Shown: piece after piece, positions 15,656-26,004 of the stretch
Position numbering within the stretch: position 1 is the first letter of the stretch
Layout: every line of letters begins with the position of its first letter
IMG/VR virus record: IMGVR_UViG_3300037483_000118
Coordinates: 1 to 26,214 of that record
Strand: one strand, 5' to 3'
Origin: a virus
Lineage: Duplodnaviria; Caudoviricetes
Length of the DNA stretch: 26,214 nt
Made by a program: the position numbers and the translations under genes
Notes under the pieces: generated by a model
Databases searched by the model: none
Told to the model about the DNA's origin: nothing
What the model saw: only the letters and a program-made list of their open reading frames with translations

Positions 15656-16433
15656 AATACATATAAGGGGGTAGTGATACCTCTTCTGGACTAGGCATTT
15701 GTGCAAATAATTTATACAGGTCAGAGTCTAGTCCAGGGGAGGTAACTTGAGAATCAGTTAGATTCTTAATTCTCCCTTGGTCAAATAATATATAACCTAA
15801 ATTAGGTTTATTAGGACTAAATTTTAAAATATCAGATATACCTTCAGAGGCATTCTCATATCGAACAGAATCATAACCTTTATTTTTAATATCATTAACA
15901 ATCCGTTCTAGCATTGAGCGTTGTAAAGGACTAGTCTCTAATTCTTTTCCTCTATATGTTTTCCCTCCTAGTTTACGGGCATTTTCTTCTATATATTTTA
16001 ATGTTTCTTTACTTAATATATTGGGCTTATATCTTTGCATCATTTTTGCAACATCATTAGGATTATGCCAATTACCAACGTCAATCAGATCAACTGGATT
16101 AGTAATATCTAAATCAGCATGCTTAAGTCTTTTAAATTCGGATGGAGCCCAATTCTTGAGAAAGGCTTTGGCTTGAAATTGATTACCAAAATGTGGACCT
16201 AGATCATAATATTTAAATTTATCAAACATGGGACCAGTATAACCATGATATACATTTTTAACAGGACCAGCCCCACCAAACTGATTCATGTATAACTGAC
16301 TTAAGCGTTTATTTTGTTCTTCATCAGACTCATTGCGCAATTCCCCTCCTCGAATCACTCCTTCTTTTTTTAAATTAAAGGGAGCTAAGGCTTTTTCTGT
16401 ATTTTTATACAACCTAGATAAAAATGGGTTCAT
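15654..16433 (-). CDS. ADP-ribosyltransferase-like protein (ART-PolyVal-like), last gene of the virion/ejection operon
   Basis: VYHG (H63), FDKF, GPHFG..QA, LDITNP, KGYDSVRYENASEG, YILFDQGRIK. Confidence 0.65.
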   Translation of the reverse strand: MNPFLSRLYKNTEKALAPFNLKKEGVIRGGELRNESDEEQNKRLSQLYMNQFGGAGPVKNVYHGYTGPMFDKFKYYDLGPHFGNQFQAKAFLKNWAPSEFKRLKHADLDITNPVDLIDVGNWHNPNDVAKMMQRYKPNILSKETLKYIEENARKLGGKTYRGKELETSPLQRSMLERIVNDIKNKGYDSVRYENASEGISDILKFSPNKPNLGYILFDQGRIKNLTDSQVTSPGLDSDLYKLFAQMPSPEEVSLPPYMY

Positions 16434-19400
16434 TACGGCATTTCTTTAATCCATTTATTAGCTTGTTTTCTAGTTTGAGGATTAGTACTTAATAGCATGT
16501 TCTCTACTCGTGTACCCACAATTCTTTGCTTATGTTTTGTGGATAGTTGAGTATATAAAGATCGTGGATCACCTCCTCTCTCAATATATTTTCTTACAAG
16601 TGACATTGCCCGAGCTTCTTTTGCTGGAGTAATATTATTGCTGGTAATATCAGTCATTACTTTCTGAAAATCATCAGACACGGCTTGCATACGAGTTTTA
16701 TTTCTTTTCTCTGTCTCTATAGCTAATCTATTAATAGTCTTACCTTTAGCTTTTTCAAAGGAAGGAATATTCCATAGAAAATCCATAGCACCCAACTCAG
16801 TCTCAGATTTATCTTTAGGAACATAAACAGGAGTGTTTGTAGTTGGAGATAAAAGATTGCCTGTAGTTTCTTGACGTAAAAGTCCTTTATCAAACGCTTC
16901 ATTCATCATTGTGGGTTTAAGTCCTTTAAGTATTTCCGCTTTTTCTAAATTACTTAAACCAGACCATTTACTAGGATCAATTACAAATTGACCCATTTGA
17001 CCCAATGATTTAGCTGATTCCAATGTTGCTCCATAAATAGGAAATAAATCAGTTAGCGATCCTTGGCCTACAGTAGATTGTCCAAATGAGCCATATAACC
17101 CCTGATCTGTTAAAGTAGACAATCCCCCAAAAGCCACTGCTTCCGGCATATGCTCCACCATTAATTCTTTTAAGGAGGGTAGGTCTGGAAGTGCTGTTTC
17201 ACGCAATAAAGTTATTACTTGCTCCGCTAGGTCAACACCAATAACTCCAATAGCCCCCCCCAATGCTACATTAATTGATAGCATTGTAGCTAAGGGAGTA
17301 ATATTGCCCTCATTCTTAGCTAAACTTAAGTAGTGTTTTAATTGAGTTAATTGAAATACTTTATAAGATTGAAGCCTGCCGGCCATGTCCCCAAGCAACC
17401 CTGTATGAGAGAATACTCGTGCTTTTACATACTCATTATAATTACCCATCAATTCACGAGTTAGATTCTCTGAGATACCAAAAGCATCTTCATGAGAATA
17501 ACCATTTTTCTTAAGATAGAAATAATCAGTGAGAAAGGAAACTGTTCTACTAACTTGTTCTGGAATCCGTAGAGTTAGTGCAGCAGTATTATAAGTTTTA
17601 GTTGTGAGTTTACCTTGAAATAAGTTCATTTCAATTAAGGTAGGATCATATACTTCCGCCTGTTCCATTTCCTTCATTAAATCTATATATTCTTTTGGTA
17701 AGTATTTATTAAAGTTTCTATCTTTAGCTAAAAATAAAATATTACCTAAAGTATAAGCTTGCACTTGCGGACTTATAACATCATAATCCCCAGTTTTAGC
17801 AGCAAGTTCCATTAATTTAGGCGTATTTACTTGCGCAGATTGCACCATCTGCTGCATGAAATTTCTAGCAGAGCCCATAAGAATTCTACCTGTTTCTATA
17901 TTAGAGACAGCGCGAATAGTATGTTTAATTCTAGAACGATCCCCTACATTTCTTATTCCTGGTATTTCTGCCATACCAGAGATAATCCTATTAACAATAA
18001 TATTTGATTTAACCATTTGTTCGTCTGTACCAAGAACATGATCTACAAATAGTTGTAAAGAAGATTTAGTATTTAAACCAATATCAGGATTATCTTTAAC
18101 AGAGGACATGAATTCATTTATTTTCTTATTACCTGCCCACTCAGCAACAGAGGCTGAAATTATGTCCATGCCTTTAATCATGTCTATTACATTCTGTTCT
18201 GGAGATTTCCAAGGTTTATTTCCCATAAACCCCTCCACACCAGACCAGTATTTAAAGTGTTGTTTTACAGCAGCAGTTGAATGGGCTGCCTTGTCATTTT
18301 GTTTATCCAAGGCATTAAGGACAGCTTGAATTTTAGTATTATCATTAGAGAGTAATGCTACAAAATCCTCAAACATGTTGCCTAGACCAATGTATTGCTT
18401 GGCTTTATGTTCTGTTAGAGAGGATGTATGTTTGGGATCATTAATTTCTACATCCAAACCTTGTTCTGCAAAATATTGACGATAGTACTCCACGGCCTTT
18501 TTAGCTTCTGGCATAGAAGTTTCTTTAATAAAAGTAACTAATTGTCTTGTTGGCTTACCTTCTGTAGACATGCCTCGAACGTAAAGAGGAGCAATAAAAT
18601 CTCCAAACCACATAGAAGCAAACCAATTAGGTAATTTTTTAATTGGTTTTCTACCAGATTCAGCCTGAGTTTCATTAACTAATTTTAGAATGCCATCCCC
18701 CCAACGTTGATAAGAATCAGCAACTTTTTGTTGTGCAGGAGATAGAATACCCCAATCATATTGAGCATTACCTTTAGCCTCTATCATCTTCTGTAAGAAA
18801 CTAATAGCTTCTTTTGAGGAAGTAAAATTTAATTTTCTAAAGTGAGTTAAGAAACCTTCTTTTTCATTATTAGTTAGCTTATTAATGTACTTCTGTGCTT
18901 CTTCTTTAATAACATTAGTTCTGTCTATAAGCTTCACAAATCCAGGATTATTTGTTCGCCAAGCAGCTTGTCTACCTTCGTTAGTAATTACATTCAATTC
19001 CTCTACTTTAAGTAGATCAGGAGAAGTAACAGCAGCTTGGATAGCCTCATCGTTGGTCAATGATCGACCATAAATAGCACTCACATCTTCAGATTTAGTA
19101 GATGGAAGTAGTTTTCTTTTTTGTACTTCCTGTTTATTTTTTTGTAAAGAATCCCAAGCTTGTTTAGCTACAGCCTCATTTACTTGTCCATAATCTCTTT
19201 TAAGATTATTTAAATACTCTTCAAATGTTTTAGATGGTTTTACTTTAGGTTCTTTTGAAGGTTCAAAACCAATTGCACCACCTTGTTTGAATCCTCGTTT
19301 ACCTACTCCACCTAAGTGCTTTGCACGCGTATCGGAGATACTTAGCTTCTTAGGTAACTCCAGTTTCTCTGCTACTTTAGTAAATTGTCTAAAGTTTAAA

Positions 19401-20779
19401 GGAAACTTAATATTAAATTTGCCCTCATACTCACCTTTCAGTGAATCATAAATACCTTTCCAACGAGCTTTTTGCATCCGCTGGAGCATGGCGGGATTAC
19501 TTTTAAATTGCTCTGCAAATAGTTGTGGGGTTTTATTAATGTCAGCTAATTTAGTTTCTAACCAAATACGCTCATTTTCCCCCTCAATCTTAGTATTTGT
19601 TTTCTTTTCAAATTCATCTAGAGCTTGTCTAGTAAGTTCTTTTGTTTGTTCTAATTGCAATTGTTGCTCAAAAACTTTGTCCTGTCTTTGCTGCTCCCAC
19701 GCCATTTCAGATTCCTGAGGTTTCCGAGCACGCTCCTCGCGCATTTGAGTTGCTTTATCAACAATTTCTTGTCGAGCATCAGTATTCCAGAATTGTTGTT
19801 CTCTAGAGACAATTGCTTGTTCTTCTGGAGTCATTTCTCTAGGTTGCATACCAGGCTTAGCAGCTTCTTCTGGAAATAGTGGTAATTGCCCTATATCCTC
19901 CTGTTGCTGCCTAACAACATCCTCAGTGAGACTTTTATTAATAGGAATGCCTTGTTCATCAACTTCTAATTTAGAAGTATTTAATCCAAATTTATTTGGA
20001 TACTCTAAAGGAAGCTCTCTTTGCACATATCCCTCTCCAGGAGCGGAAGGGCGATATGTTTCTCTCTCTTGCTGCTTACGTTGCTCTTGTTTGAGCATTT
20101 CCTCATAAGCAATCTTTTCAGCAGCAATTTGATTAGATTGTCTGTATTTATAAAGAGCATGCCCAGCTTGAACACCTAATCCAGCGAATCCCCCCATAAA
20201 ACCTAGCTCAACTCCAGCTTCTACCTGTTTCTTAGTTTTCTCTGATGCACCTAAAGAACCGGCAATTTCTCCATATCCTTTAGCTGCCACATGTGGAGCC
20301 TCCATAATAGGAAAAAATGGGGCCATCATGGACTGATATGTAGTTTTATCTGCCCCACCTATATAAGTAGAGGGAGTTAAAGCACCAAAGATTTCTTTAC
20401 CTGTCTTTAATCCTTTAGATAAATCAGCCTGCCCCAAAGCACTTGCAGCACCACCAATGGCACTAGGAATAACAGCAAAGGGAGTAGCAACAATATCAGC
20501 AGCGCCGGAAATAGCTCCTGATATTTCTTCTTTAGGCGTTTCGGTAACACCTTGTAAATTACGTTCTTGTATCCTTTTAAATATTTTTTCTTGAGTATCC
20601 TGTTCCCCTAAAAACATACCGGCCTTAGCCATGTCTAAGATATTGGCTGGAGTCCATTGAAAAGGAACATCTGTTGGTTTTAATACACCAAGTTGAGCAG
20701 CCACTTTCCTGACAACGGCGTCATCAGGAGTGGTATCAAACTCTACAATAGTTCCATTAAAATCAATTTGTACAGACAC
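16433..20779 (-). CDS. large internal virion / DNA ejection protein
   Basis: 1448 aa, GTG start, mostly helical with Gly/Ala-rich hydrophobic segments; third gene after GNAT, as in podovirus ejection operons. Confidence 0.75.
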   Translation of the reverse strand: MSVQIDFNGTIVEFDTTPDDAVVRKVAAQLGVLKPTDVPFQWTPANILDMAKAGMFLGEQDTQEKIFKRIQERNLQGVTETPKEEISGAISGAADIVATPFAVIPSAIGGAASALGQADLSKGLKTGKEIFGALTPSTYIGGADKTTYQSMMAPFFPIMEAPHVAAKGYGEIAGSLGASEKTKKQVEAGVELGFMGGFAGLGVQAGHALYKYRQSNQIAAEKIAYEEMLKQEQRKQQERETYRPSAPGEGYVQRELPLEYPNKFGLNTSKLEVDEQGIPINKSLTEDVVRQQQEDIGQLPLFPEEAAKPGMQPREMTPEEQAIVSREQQFWNTDARQEIVDKATQMREERARKPQESEMAWEQQRQDKVFEQQLQLEQTKELTRQALDEFEKKTNTKIEGENERIWLETKLADINKTPQLFAEQFKSNPAMLQRMQKARWKGIYDSLKGEYEGKFNIKFPLNFRQFTKVAEKLELPKKLSISDTRAKHLGGVGKRGFKQGGAIGFEPSKEPKVKPSKTFEEYLNNLKRDYGQVNEAVAKQAWDSLQKNKQEVQKRKLLPSTKSEDVSAIYGRSLTNDEAIQAAVTSPDLLKVEELNVITNEGRQAAWRTNNPGFVKLIDRTNVIKEEAQKYINKLTNNEKEGFLTHFRKLNFTSSKEAISFLQKMIEAKGNAQYDWGILSPAQQKVADSYQRWGDGILKLVNETQAESGRKPIKKLPNWFASMWFGDFIAPLYVRGMSTEGKPTRQLVTFIKETSMPEAKKAVEYYRQYFAEQGLDVEINDPKHTSSLTEHKAKQYIGLGNMFEDFVALLSNDNTKIQAVLNALDKQNDKAAHSTAAVKQHFKYWSGVEGFMGNKPWKSPEQNVIDMIKGMDIISASVAEWAGNKKINEFMSSVKDNPDIGLNTKSSLQLFVDHVLGTDEQMVKSNIIVNRIISGMAEIPGIRNVGDRSRIKHTIRAVSNIETGRILMGSARNFMQQMVQSAQVNTPKLMELAAKTGDYDVISPQVQAYTLGNILFLAKDRNFNKYLPKEYIDLMKEMEQAEVYDPTLIEMNLFQGKLTTKTYNTAALTLRIPEQVSRTVSFLTDYFYLKKNGYSHEDAFGISENLTRELMGNYNEYVKARVFSHTGLLGDMAGRLQSYKVFQLTQLKHYLSLAKNEGNITPLATMLSINVALGGAIGVIGVDLAEQVITLLRETALPDLPSLKELMVEHMPEAVAFGGLSTLTDQGLYGSFGQSTVGQGSLTDLFPIYGATLESAKSLGQMGQFVIDPSKWSGLSNLEKAEILKGLKPTMMNEAFDKGLLRQETTGNLLSPTTNTPVYVPKDKSETELGAMDFLWNIPSFEKAKGKTINRLAIETEKRNKTRMQAVSDDFQKVMTDITSNNITPAKEARAMSLVRKYIERGGDPRSLYTQLSTKHKQRIVGTRVENMLLSTNPQTRKQANKWIKEMP

Positions 20780-20780
20780 T

Positions 20781-21734
20781 TTATTCTGCTCTACCTGTTG
20801 CAGGATTAAATTTTAATACTTTATTTCCACCAGCATTGGCAGGTTGTCCACCACCAGGAATGTTTTTACGTACCTCCATTCCTTCAGGTGTGAATGAGGT
20901 AGTTTGTCCATAATTAATTTTAGCTAGTCTATCATAAGTTGCAAGCATGTTATTCATTTGATCGTACATTTGTTTATACTCTGGACTTGATCTAGGAGTA
21001 TTTCTCATTTGTTCTTGTAAAGCTAAAATTTGATTTCCTAAAATATGTAAAGGATTTGGTTCTTTTCCAATATCACGAGATTGTGCAGTGATTCCTGCTA
21101 CTTTAGTATCCCATAAACCATGTCTATCAATTTTAGCAATATCTTTCATAAGATCAGGACGATTGGCTAAACCACTATTAGCCATTTCATTTAACTTAGT
21201 TACTTCTGGTAATAGAGATTGTCCAGAAGAAACCTTTTGTTGTGCTTGTTGATATAATTGTCCAAATCTAGGATCAGCTTTCGAGTTTTGTTTAAGCATT
21301 TCTAGAACCATGTTATCCGCTTGTTGTTGAGGCATGGATTGATAGAATGACATTGCTTGGTCTGTTATATTAAGAGTAATAGGAAGCATTTGTTCTTCTA
21401 TTTTGGCTCTATTTTCCATAACTAAACGACTAAGTTCTTCTGGAGCCATCATTGTCTCATTCTTAGCTTTACCTGCACCAGCCATGTTGGACCAATAATC
21501 ATTTAATCCATAAGCTCCTAAATTCTCCGGAGACATTTGCTGATTGGCCTGTGCTCCCATTAAATTAGATTTAATCAATTCATTTGGTGTTTGTCCAGCA
21601 TAACGTTCATTTTGTAATTGTTGTCCACGAGCAGCAGTACTTTGGTTAAATAGTTGTCCAAGAGAAGATTGATGTGCATCCTCTGCGGCAATTGATTTTT
21701 CAAATAAAGCTTGTAAATCTACCGGATTTGGCAT
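20781..21734 (-). CDS. internal virion / ejection protein
   Basis: Q/N/M-rich helical protein, GGAGGAGG RBS, ends VLKFNPATGRAE; assigned by position. Confidence 0.65.
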   Translation of the reverse strand: MPNPVDLQALFEKSIAAEDAHQSSLGQLFNQSTAARGQQLQNERYAGQTPNELIKSNLMGAQANQQMSPENLGAYGLNDYWSNMAGAGKAKNETMMAPEELSRLVMENRAKIEEQMLPITLNITDQAMSFYQSMPQQQADNMVLEMLKQNSKADPRFGQLYQQAQQKVSSGQSLLPEVTKLNEMANSGLANRPDLMKDIAKIDRHGLWDTKVAGITAQSRDIGKEPNPLHILGNQILALQEQMRNTPRSSPEYKQMYDQMNNMLATYDRLAKINYGQTTSFTPEGMEVRKNIPGGGQPANAGGNKVLKFNPATGRAE

Positions 21735-21736
21735 AA

Positions 21737-23161
21737 TTAATATCCTCCTCCACTAGCCCTTACTCTACTTCCCTGTGCTCCAGAATATATACTTCCTAAT
21801 GTTCTTGGAATGTTACTTAAAGCCATTAAATACTGATTTGGCACATTTTCAGCCATTGCTGCACCTACTTGACCGGCATTACCGGAACCAAATTGAGCGG
21901 GGTTGACTCCAGTACGATATTGTGGTAGATAATTAGAATAAAAATTCTGTCTAGTTTGATTCATTAATTGTGGTAACATACTTCCTCTACGACCTAGTTT
22001 AGCATAATTAGCTGTTGATTGTTTTGCAAAGTCTGTTCCAGGACCAGACATATACTCCCTAAAGAGTGCTTCTGGATCATCATAAGCTCCTTGCCATTTA
22101 TCTGTAGCATAAGAACGAGCACCTGCTAATGGATCAGCAGCAGACATTGCTGATTTGTACATGTCCTTCATCTTATTAGCTTGATATAAACCAGATAGAG
22201 TATTAAATGCACCAACACCAAGTTTAGCTTGCCAAGGCATCCCCTTCCCCTCATTACCAGAAGCTATATCACCAAAAATATCTTTTATATTTTTACCTAA
22301 TTTATTAACTTTAGAACCCATTACGTCACCTATATTCTGTGATTTCCATTGTGTATTTGGATAATCTAATCCACCTCCAGCAGTCTGAGTACCTCCACCA
22401 ATATTTTCTAAAGTGGGTTGATCCCCACTCATAAAATCATATCCCCCCGTGGGAGAAGAACCTATTTCTGTTCCGGTAGATTGTATATTAGGTAGTTCAG
22501 GTAGATTAGGAAGATTTCCCCCTATATTTTGATTAATGTTCTCTAATCCATACAATTCATCATAATTAGCATTAGAAATACCAGTATCTAGTGGATCAAC
22601 TCCAAATTCGGTATATAATGAATCAGCTTGGTCACCTAAAAAAGAACTATTTTGTGGAGTAAACTCTGTTCCAGACATGGAGGCATAAGGAGCTTCCGCT
22701 GCTCCAGGTACAAATCCTTCTCCACTTAATAAATCATTTGTAGCTGCTGCTCCAGTAAACATTTCAGGAGTAGCCCCTGTAAAAGCATTTTCAGCAAGCA
22801 TTCCTAGAGATTGTTCTCCTAGAATGTCACCATAAGATTGTCCTAGAATATCAGCAATCTGTGATTCAGATAATCCTTCTGCCGCTAATTGTGCAGCATC
22901 AAAGCTAGCTAATGATTCCGCAGATGCTCCTCCAGCAGCCTCACCAATTCCCCCCGCCACACTACCAATTGCAGCACCTAGAAGTTTACCTCCGCCACCC
23001 CTTAAAAATCCTTGTCCGAAATCTCCTCCGGTAGCTTCTGAGTATATACCACCAGCAATGCCAGCACCAATAGCACCAGCTAAAAGCTCACTACCAACAA
23101 TCTCTATAAGTACAGATTCTCCAATAGCAGAGCCAATTGCCGCAATCGCAGTAAATGCCAT
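21737..23161 (-). CDS. DNA ejection / pilot protein
   Basis: Hydrophobic Gly/Ala-rich N-terminus, acidic low-complexity middle; directly follows GNAT. Confidence 0.7.
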   Translation of the reverse strand: MAFTAIAAIGSAIGESVLIEIVGSELLAGAIGAGIAGGIYSEATGGDFGQGFLRGGGGKLLGAAIGSVAGGIGEAAGGASAESLASFDAAQLAAEGLSESQIADILGQSYGDILGEQSLGMLAENAFTGATPEMFTGAAATNDLLSGEGFVPGAAEAPYASMSGTEFTPQNSSFLGDQADSLYTEFGVDPLDTGISNANYDELYGLENINQNIGGNLPNLPELPNIQSTGTEIGSSPTGGYDFMSGDQPTLENIGGGTQTAGGGLDYPNTQWKSQNIGDVMGSKVNKLGKNIKDIFGDIASGNEGKGMPWQAKLGVGAFNTLSGLYQANKMKDMYKSAMSAADPLAGARSYATDKWQGAYDDPEALFREYMSGPGTDFAKQSTANYAKLGRRGSMLPQLMNQTRQNFYSNYLPQYRTGVNPAQFGSGNAGQVGAAMAENVPNQYLMALSNIPRTLGSIYSGAQGSRVRASGGGY

Positions 23162-23163
23162 AA

Positions 23164-23634
23164 TTAAATTTCCTTATCTTTTACTAATTTTATATATGTA
23201 ATTTCATTAGGAATATAATTTAATTTAGTCATAAGTAAACTAAAATCATGTTCGCCAAGTTTACTTCTCCAAGAAATAATATGAACACCAAGTTTAATTA
23301 ATTCCTCTTCTGATTTTTTAATTAATTTATATCCTAATAAACCTTTTCTATGTTCTTTCTGCAAAAACAGTGCGTCATTGACTGCAACTAATTTATCTCT
23401 ATAATGTAAATGTGTATCTACAATAAAACATGTATAACCAATTAATTCTTTATTTTCATCACGACAAGATAAAATAAACAATTTATTTTGATGTTCTAAA
23501 ATAATATATTTAGCTATATCAATAAATAATCTTATTTTATCTTTAAAGATGCCTACTTCATCTTTATGCTCTTTAATAAGAGGAAAAGCCTCTTGTATAA
23601 TATCTATAAATCTCTCTTGTTGAAAAGTCGTCAT
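23164..23634 (-). CDS. GNAT acetyltransferase
   Basis: LIGY, LFLQKEHRKGLLGYKLIKKSEE (motif A); usual podovirus position between tail and ejection genes. Confidence 0.85.
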   Translation of the reverse strand: MTTFQQERFIDIIQEAFPLIKEHKDEVGIFKDKIRLFIDIAKYIILEHQNKLFILSCRDENKELIGYTCFIVDTHLHYRDKLVAVNDALFLQKEHRKGLLGYKLIKKSEEELIKLGVHIISWRSKLGEHDFSLLMTKLNYIPNEITYIKLVKDKEI

Positions 23635-24557
23635 TTTGTATCCACGGTCCTACTACCTAAAGTATCACTTTCATAGTGAAAATCTATATGCAAAACACCA
23701 CAAATTCCTGTAAATGTGTCTGATGCGTCTCCGGAAAATCTAAATAGTCTCCCAATTAATATACTACTAAATTCATTTTGACTGGAAGAAGGTGTTATTC
23801 CAGCAGCAACTCTACTCACATAATGTTTATATTGGACTAGATTAGCATCATTTGGAGATAAAGTATCTGTATATATAATTGCCGTATTTCCAAATACAGA
23901 ACCTTTTTCTGACCAAGTATATTCAAATCCAAATACAGGACGTTGACTTGTTCCATTTGAGTTTGGAATCCAATGAATATGTGGGTAAATAGTTGTACCC
24001 TCTTTCCAACCATGAGGTAATTCTATAGTAAAAAATAATTCTTTTTGATTAGCAGTTATTTCATCAGAAAAATTATATACATAAACTCCTCGTGATCCAG
24101 AACCATTGTCGAACCATTTTGTAAATGTTGGATCATTTATTCCAACTGCTTTAATAACGGGTTCAATTCTAAGGTCATCCCAAACAGTAGCATTACCATG
24201 AAATTCTATTGTTCCATCTGCTTCTATCTCAATATAATTACCTCCAGCAACATTGCCTACATTAAAAGTAGGAGCGGATGTGTGATAATGTAAACTAGAT
24301 TCTCCTCCATCCAGCAAATCTGTATGTTGTGCAGAAGTTAAATGATAATATTGACCAGCAGAACCTCCTTGTAATAAATCTAATTTAGAGTGATCTGTAT
24401 CCGCAATATCAGCAATACTAGAACCTGTAAAATCAATTACAGACCAAGGCAATGCACCTGTCTGTGAGATATATAAACGAAGTTTATGAAACCAATCTAA
24501 CCACGGAAAAGTTCCATATGTTTCTCCTGTTGGGGGAGGAGGCAATATTTGTGCCAT
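23631..24557 (-). CDS. tail / needle-position structural protein
   Basis: N-terminal LPPPP...WLDWF, LQGGSAGQYYHLTSAQH segment, beta-rich C-terminal domain (WDDLR...LPHGWKEGT...PHIHW); follows the gp10-like gene. Confidence 0.7.
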   Translation of the reverse strand: MAQILPPPPTGETYGTFPWLDWFHKLRLYISQTGALPWSVIDFTGSSIADIADTDHSKLDLLQGGSAGQYYHLTSAQHTDLLDGGESSLHYHTSAPTFNVGNVAGGNYIEIEADGTIEFHGNATVWDDLRIEPVIKAVGINDPTFTKWFDNGSGSRGVYVYNFSDEITANQKELFFTIELPHGWKEGTTIYPHIHWIPNSNGTSQRPVFGFEYTWSEKGSVFGNTAIIYTDTLSPNDANLVQYKHYVSRVAAGITPSSSQNEFSSILIGRLFRFSGDASDTFTGICGVLHIDFHYESDTLGSRTVDTK

Positions 24558-24563
24558 ATATTA

Positions 24564-25991
24564 TTAGGAGGTGCCCATATCAACAATTAGTTCTAATGCT
24601 TCTAATCTAGAAGGTGTATTGTCATCGTGCTTTATATTAAATGCTCTACGTCTTCCAGAACCTAGTTGAGTTGTATAAGGTCTTTCTGTGTTAGGCATAT
24701 CTCTATAATTAGACCAAGTAGTATAATCATCATCTGACCACCTTAAAGATATATCACCAGAAGATTCTTGATCCCCAATAACTACTGCTTTTCTATAAAA
24801 CTTTCTTTTATCCGAATCAAAATCAATTTTATTTGTTATAATTTCACCAACAATTGGATTTGCATAATCTTGATAAACAGATGGATTTAATTTATAAATT
24901 TTTCCATTTGTATTATGCTGTAATCTAATTAATCCATCTCCAACATCTACAGCAAAGTTAAAAGGGAAAACCCCATGCCCAGCATTATAAAAAGACCATT
25001 CATGCCACATCTTTTCTTCTATATCAAATACAAAAGTTATACTAGAATAAGGTAAATTAAATAAATAAAAGTTATGCCCTTTATATCTAAATCCATATCC
25101 AAAGATTGTATTTAAACTTGGTTCTAAATCTAATACTCTATCTATATATTCATGAGATATTTTTTTAGGAGTAAATCCTTCTAAAATCCAAACAGCCCTT
25201 CCCCCATTAGCAGCTTGTCCAATAAAGCAAATAAATTTCTCTTGTTGGTATATTGCATAAGGGGCAGCAATACCTATCTTAGTAGCAATAGAATCATTTC
25301 TTTGTAAAGGACTTCCAGAAGCATTGGCTGCATCATAGAAATATTCAGTTGAATATCCTCCTGAAGCAATTAGATAGTTGCTTTGTCTAGATAAAGCAGA
25401 TAAATCATCAGCAAATTGTTCGGCATCAATAAAGTTAGGGAAATTATCTGCCCAACTAGCAGGACGGCCAGCATCACTATTATATATAGTTTGTGAATTT
25501 GCTTGAATTAAAAATAAATAACCATCTAAATAACCGATAGATGGAATATGCGGGGAGGGGAAATTTCCTATACCTCCTTGAGTTGTCCAAGTCAACTCAT
25601 TATCTACTGTAGTTGCTCCTAAAGTTAAATCCCAGGTAGGTTCTGAACCTCCTGATGTGTAAGGAGCAGACCCAGAGGTAGAAGTAACTTCTAGAAAATG
25701 AGTTCCTGCCACATTCTTTACTTTATTCCCAACAACATAGTCCGTATTAGCAGCCCAAACTGTATAGGTTTGATTTATTTTAGTTACTACACTAGAGGTG
25801 TCAATTATCCAACCGTCAGTACCATCAACTAAAACCAATACTTTTCCATCAACAGAATCTACTTCTTGAAAAGCACATGGACCTGTTGAAGTAGTTAATG
25901 TTTGTTTTACAGTAGAATTTTCATATAAAGTATTATTCCAAACAGAATATGTTTTAGCATTAAAGTAAGTAACTCCTCTTGCCTCAGCCAT
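24564..25991 (-). CDS. P22 gp10-like tail hub / DNA stabilisation protein, apparently lacking the usual N-terminus
   Basis: LDGYLF, AEQFADDL, STEYFYDA...SPLQR, YKGHNFY, WHEW, LRWSDD...WS, LGSGRRRAF. Confidence 0.85.
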   Translation of the reverse strand: MAEARGVTYFNAKTYSVWNNTLYENSTVKQTLTTSTGPCAFQEVDSVDGKVLVLVDGTDGWIIDTSSVVTKINQTYTVWAANTDYVVGNKVKNVAGTHFLEVTSTSGSAPYTSGGSEPTWDLTLGATTVDNELTWTTQGGIGNFPSPHIPSIGYLDGYLFLIQANSQTIYNSDAGRPASWADNFPNFIDAEQFADDLSALSRQSNYLIASGGYSTEYFYDAANASGSPLQRNDSIATKIGIAAPYAIYQQEKFICFIGQAANGGRAVWILEGFTPKKISHEYIDRVLDLEPSLNTIFGYGFRYKGHNFYLFNLPYSSITFVFDIEEKMWHEWSFYNAGHGVFPFNFAVDVGDGLIRLQHNTNGKIYKLNPSVYQDYANPIVGEIITNKIDFDSDKRKFYRKAVVIGDQESSGDISLRWSDDDYTTWSNYRDMPNTERPYTTQLGSGRRRAFNIKHDDNTPSRLEALELIVDMGTS

Positions 25992-26004
25992 AACTATTTA
26001 TCCC

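Noticed and set aside
17856-20108. Plus-strand ORFs opposite the 1448-aa gene
   Set aside because: Antisense shadows beyond the terminator, with no supporting signals.
25777-25804. Minus-strand TTGACA-16-TAAAAT promoter-like sequence
   Set aside because: Mid-gene, suboptimal spacer and far from any start codon; plausible by chance in AT-rich DNA.
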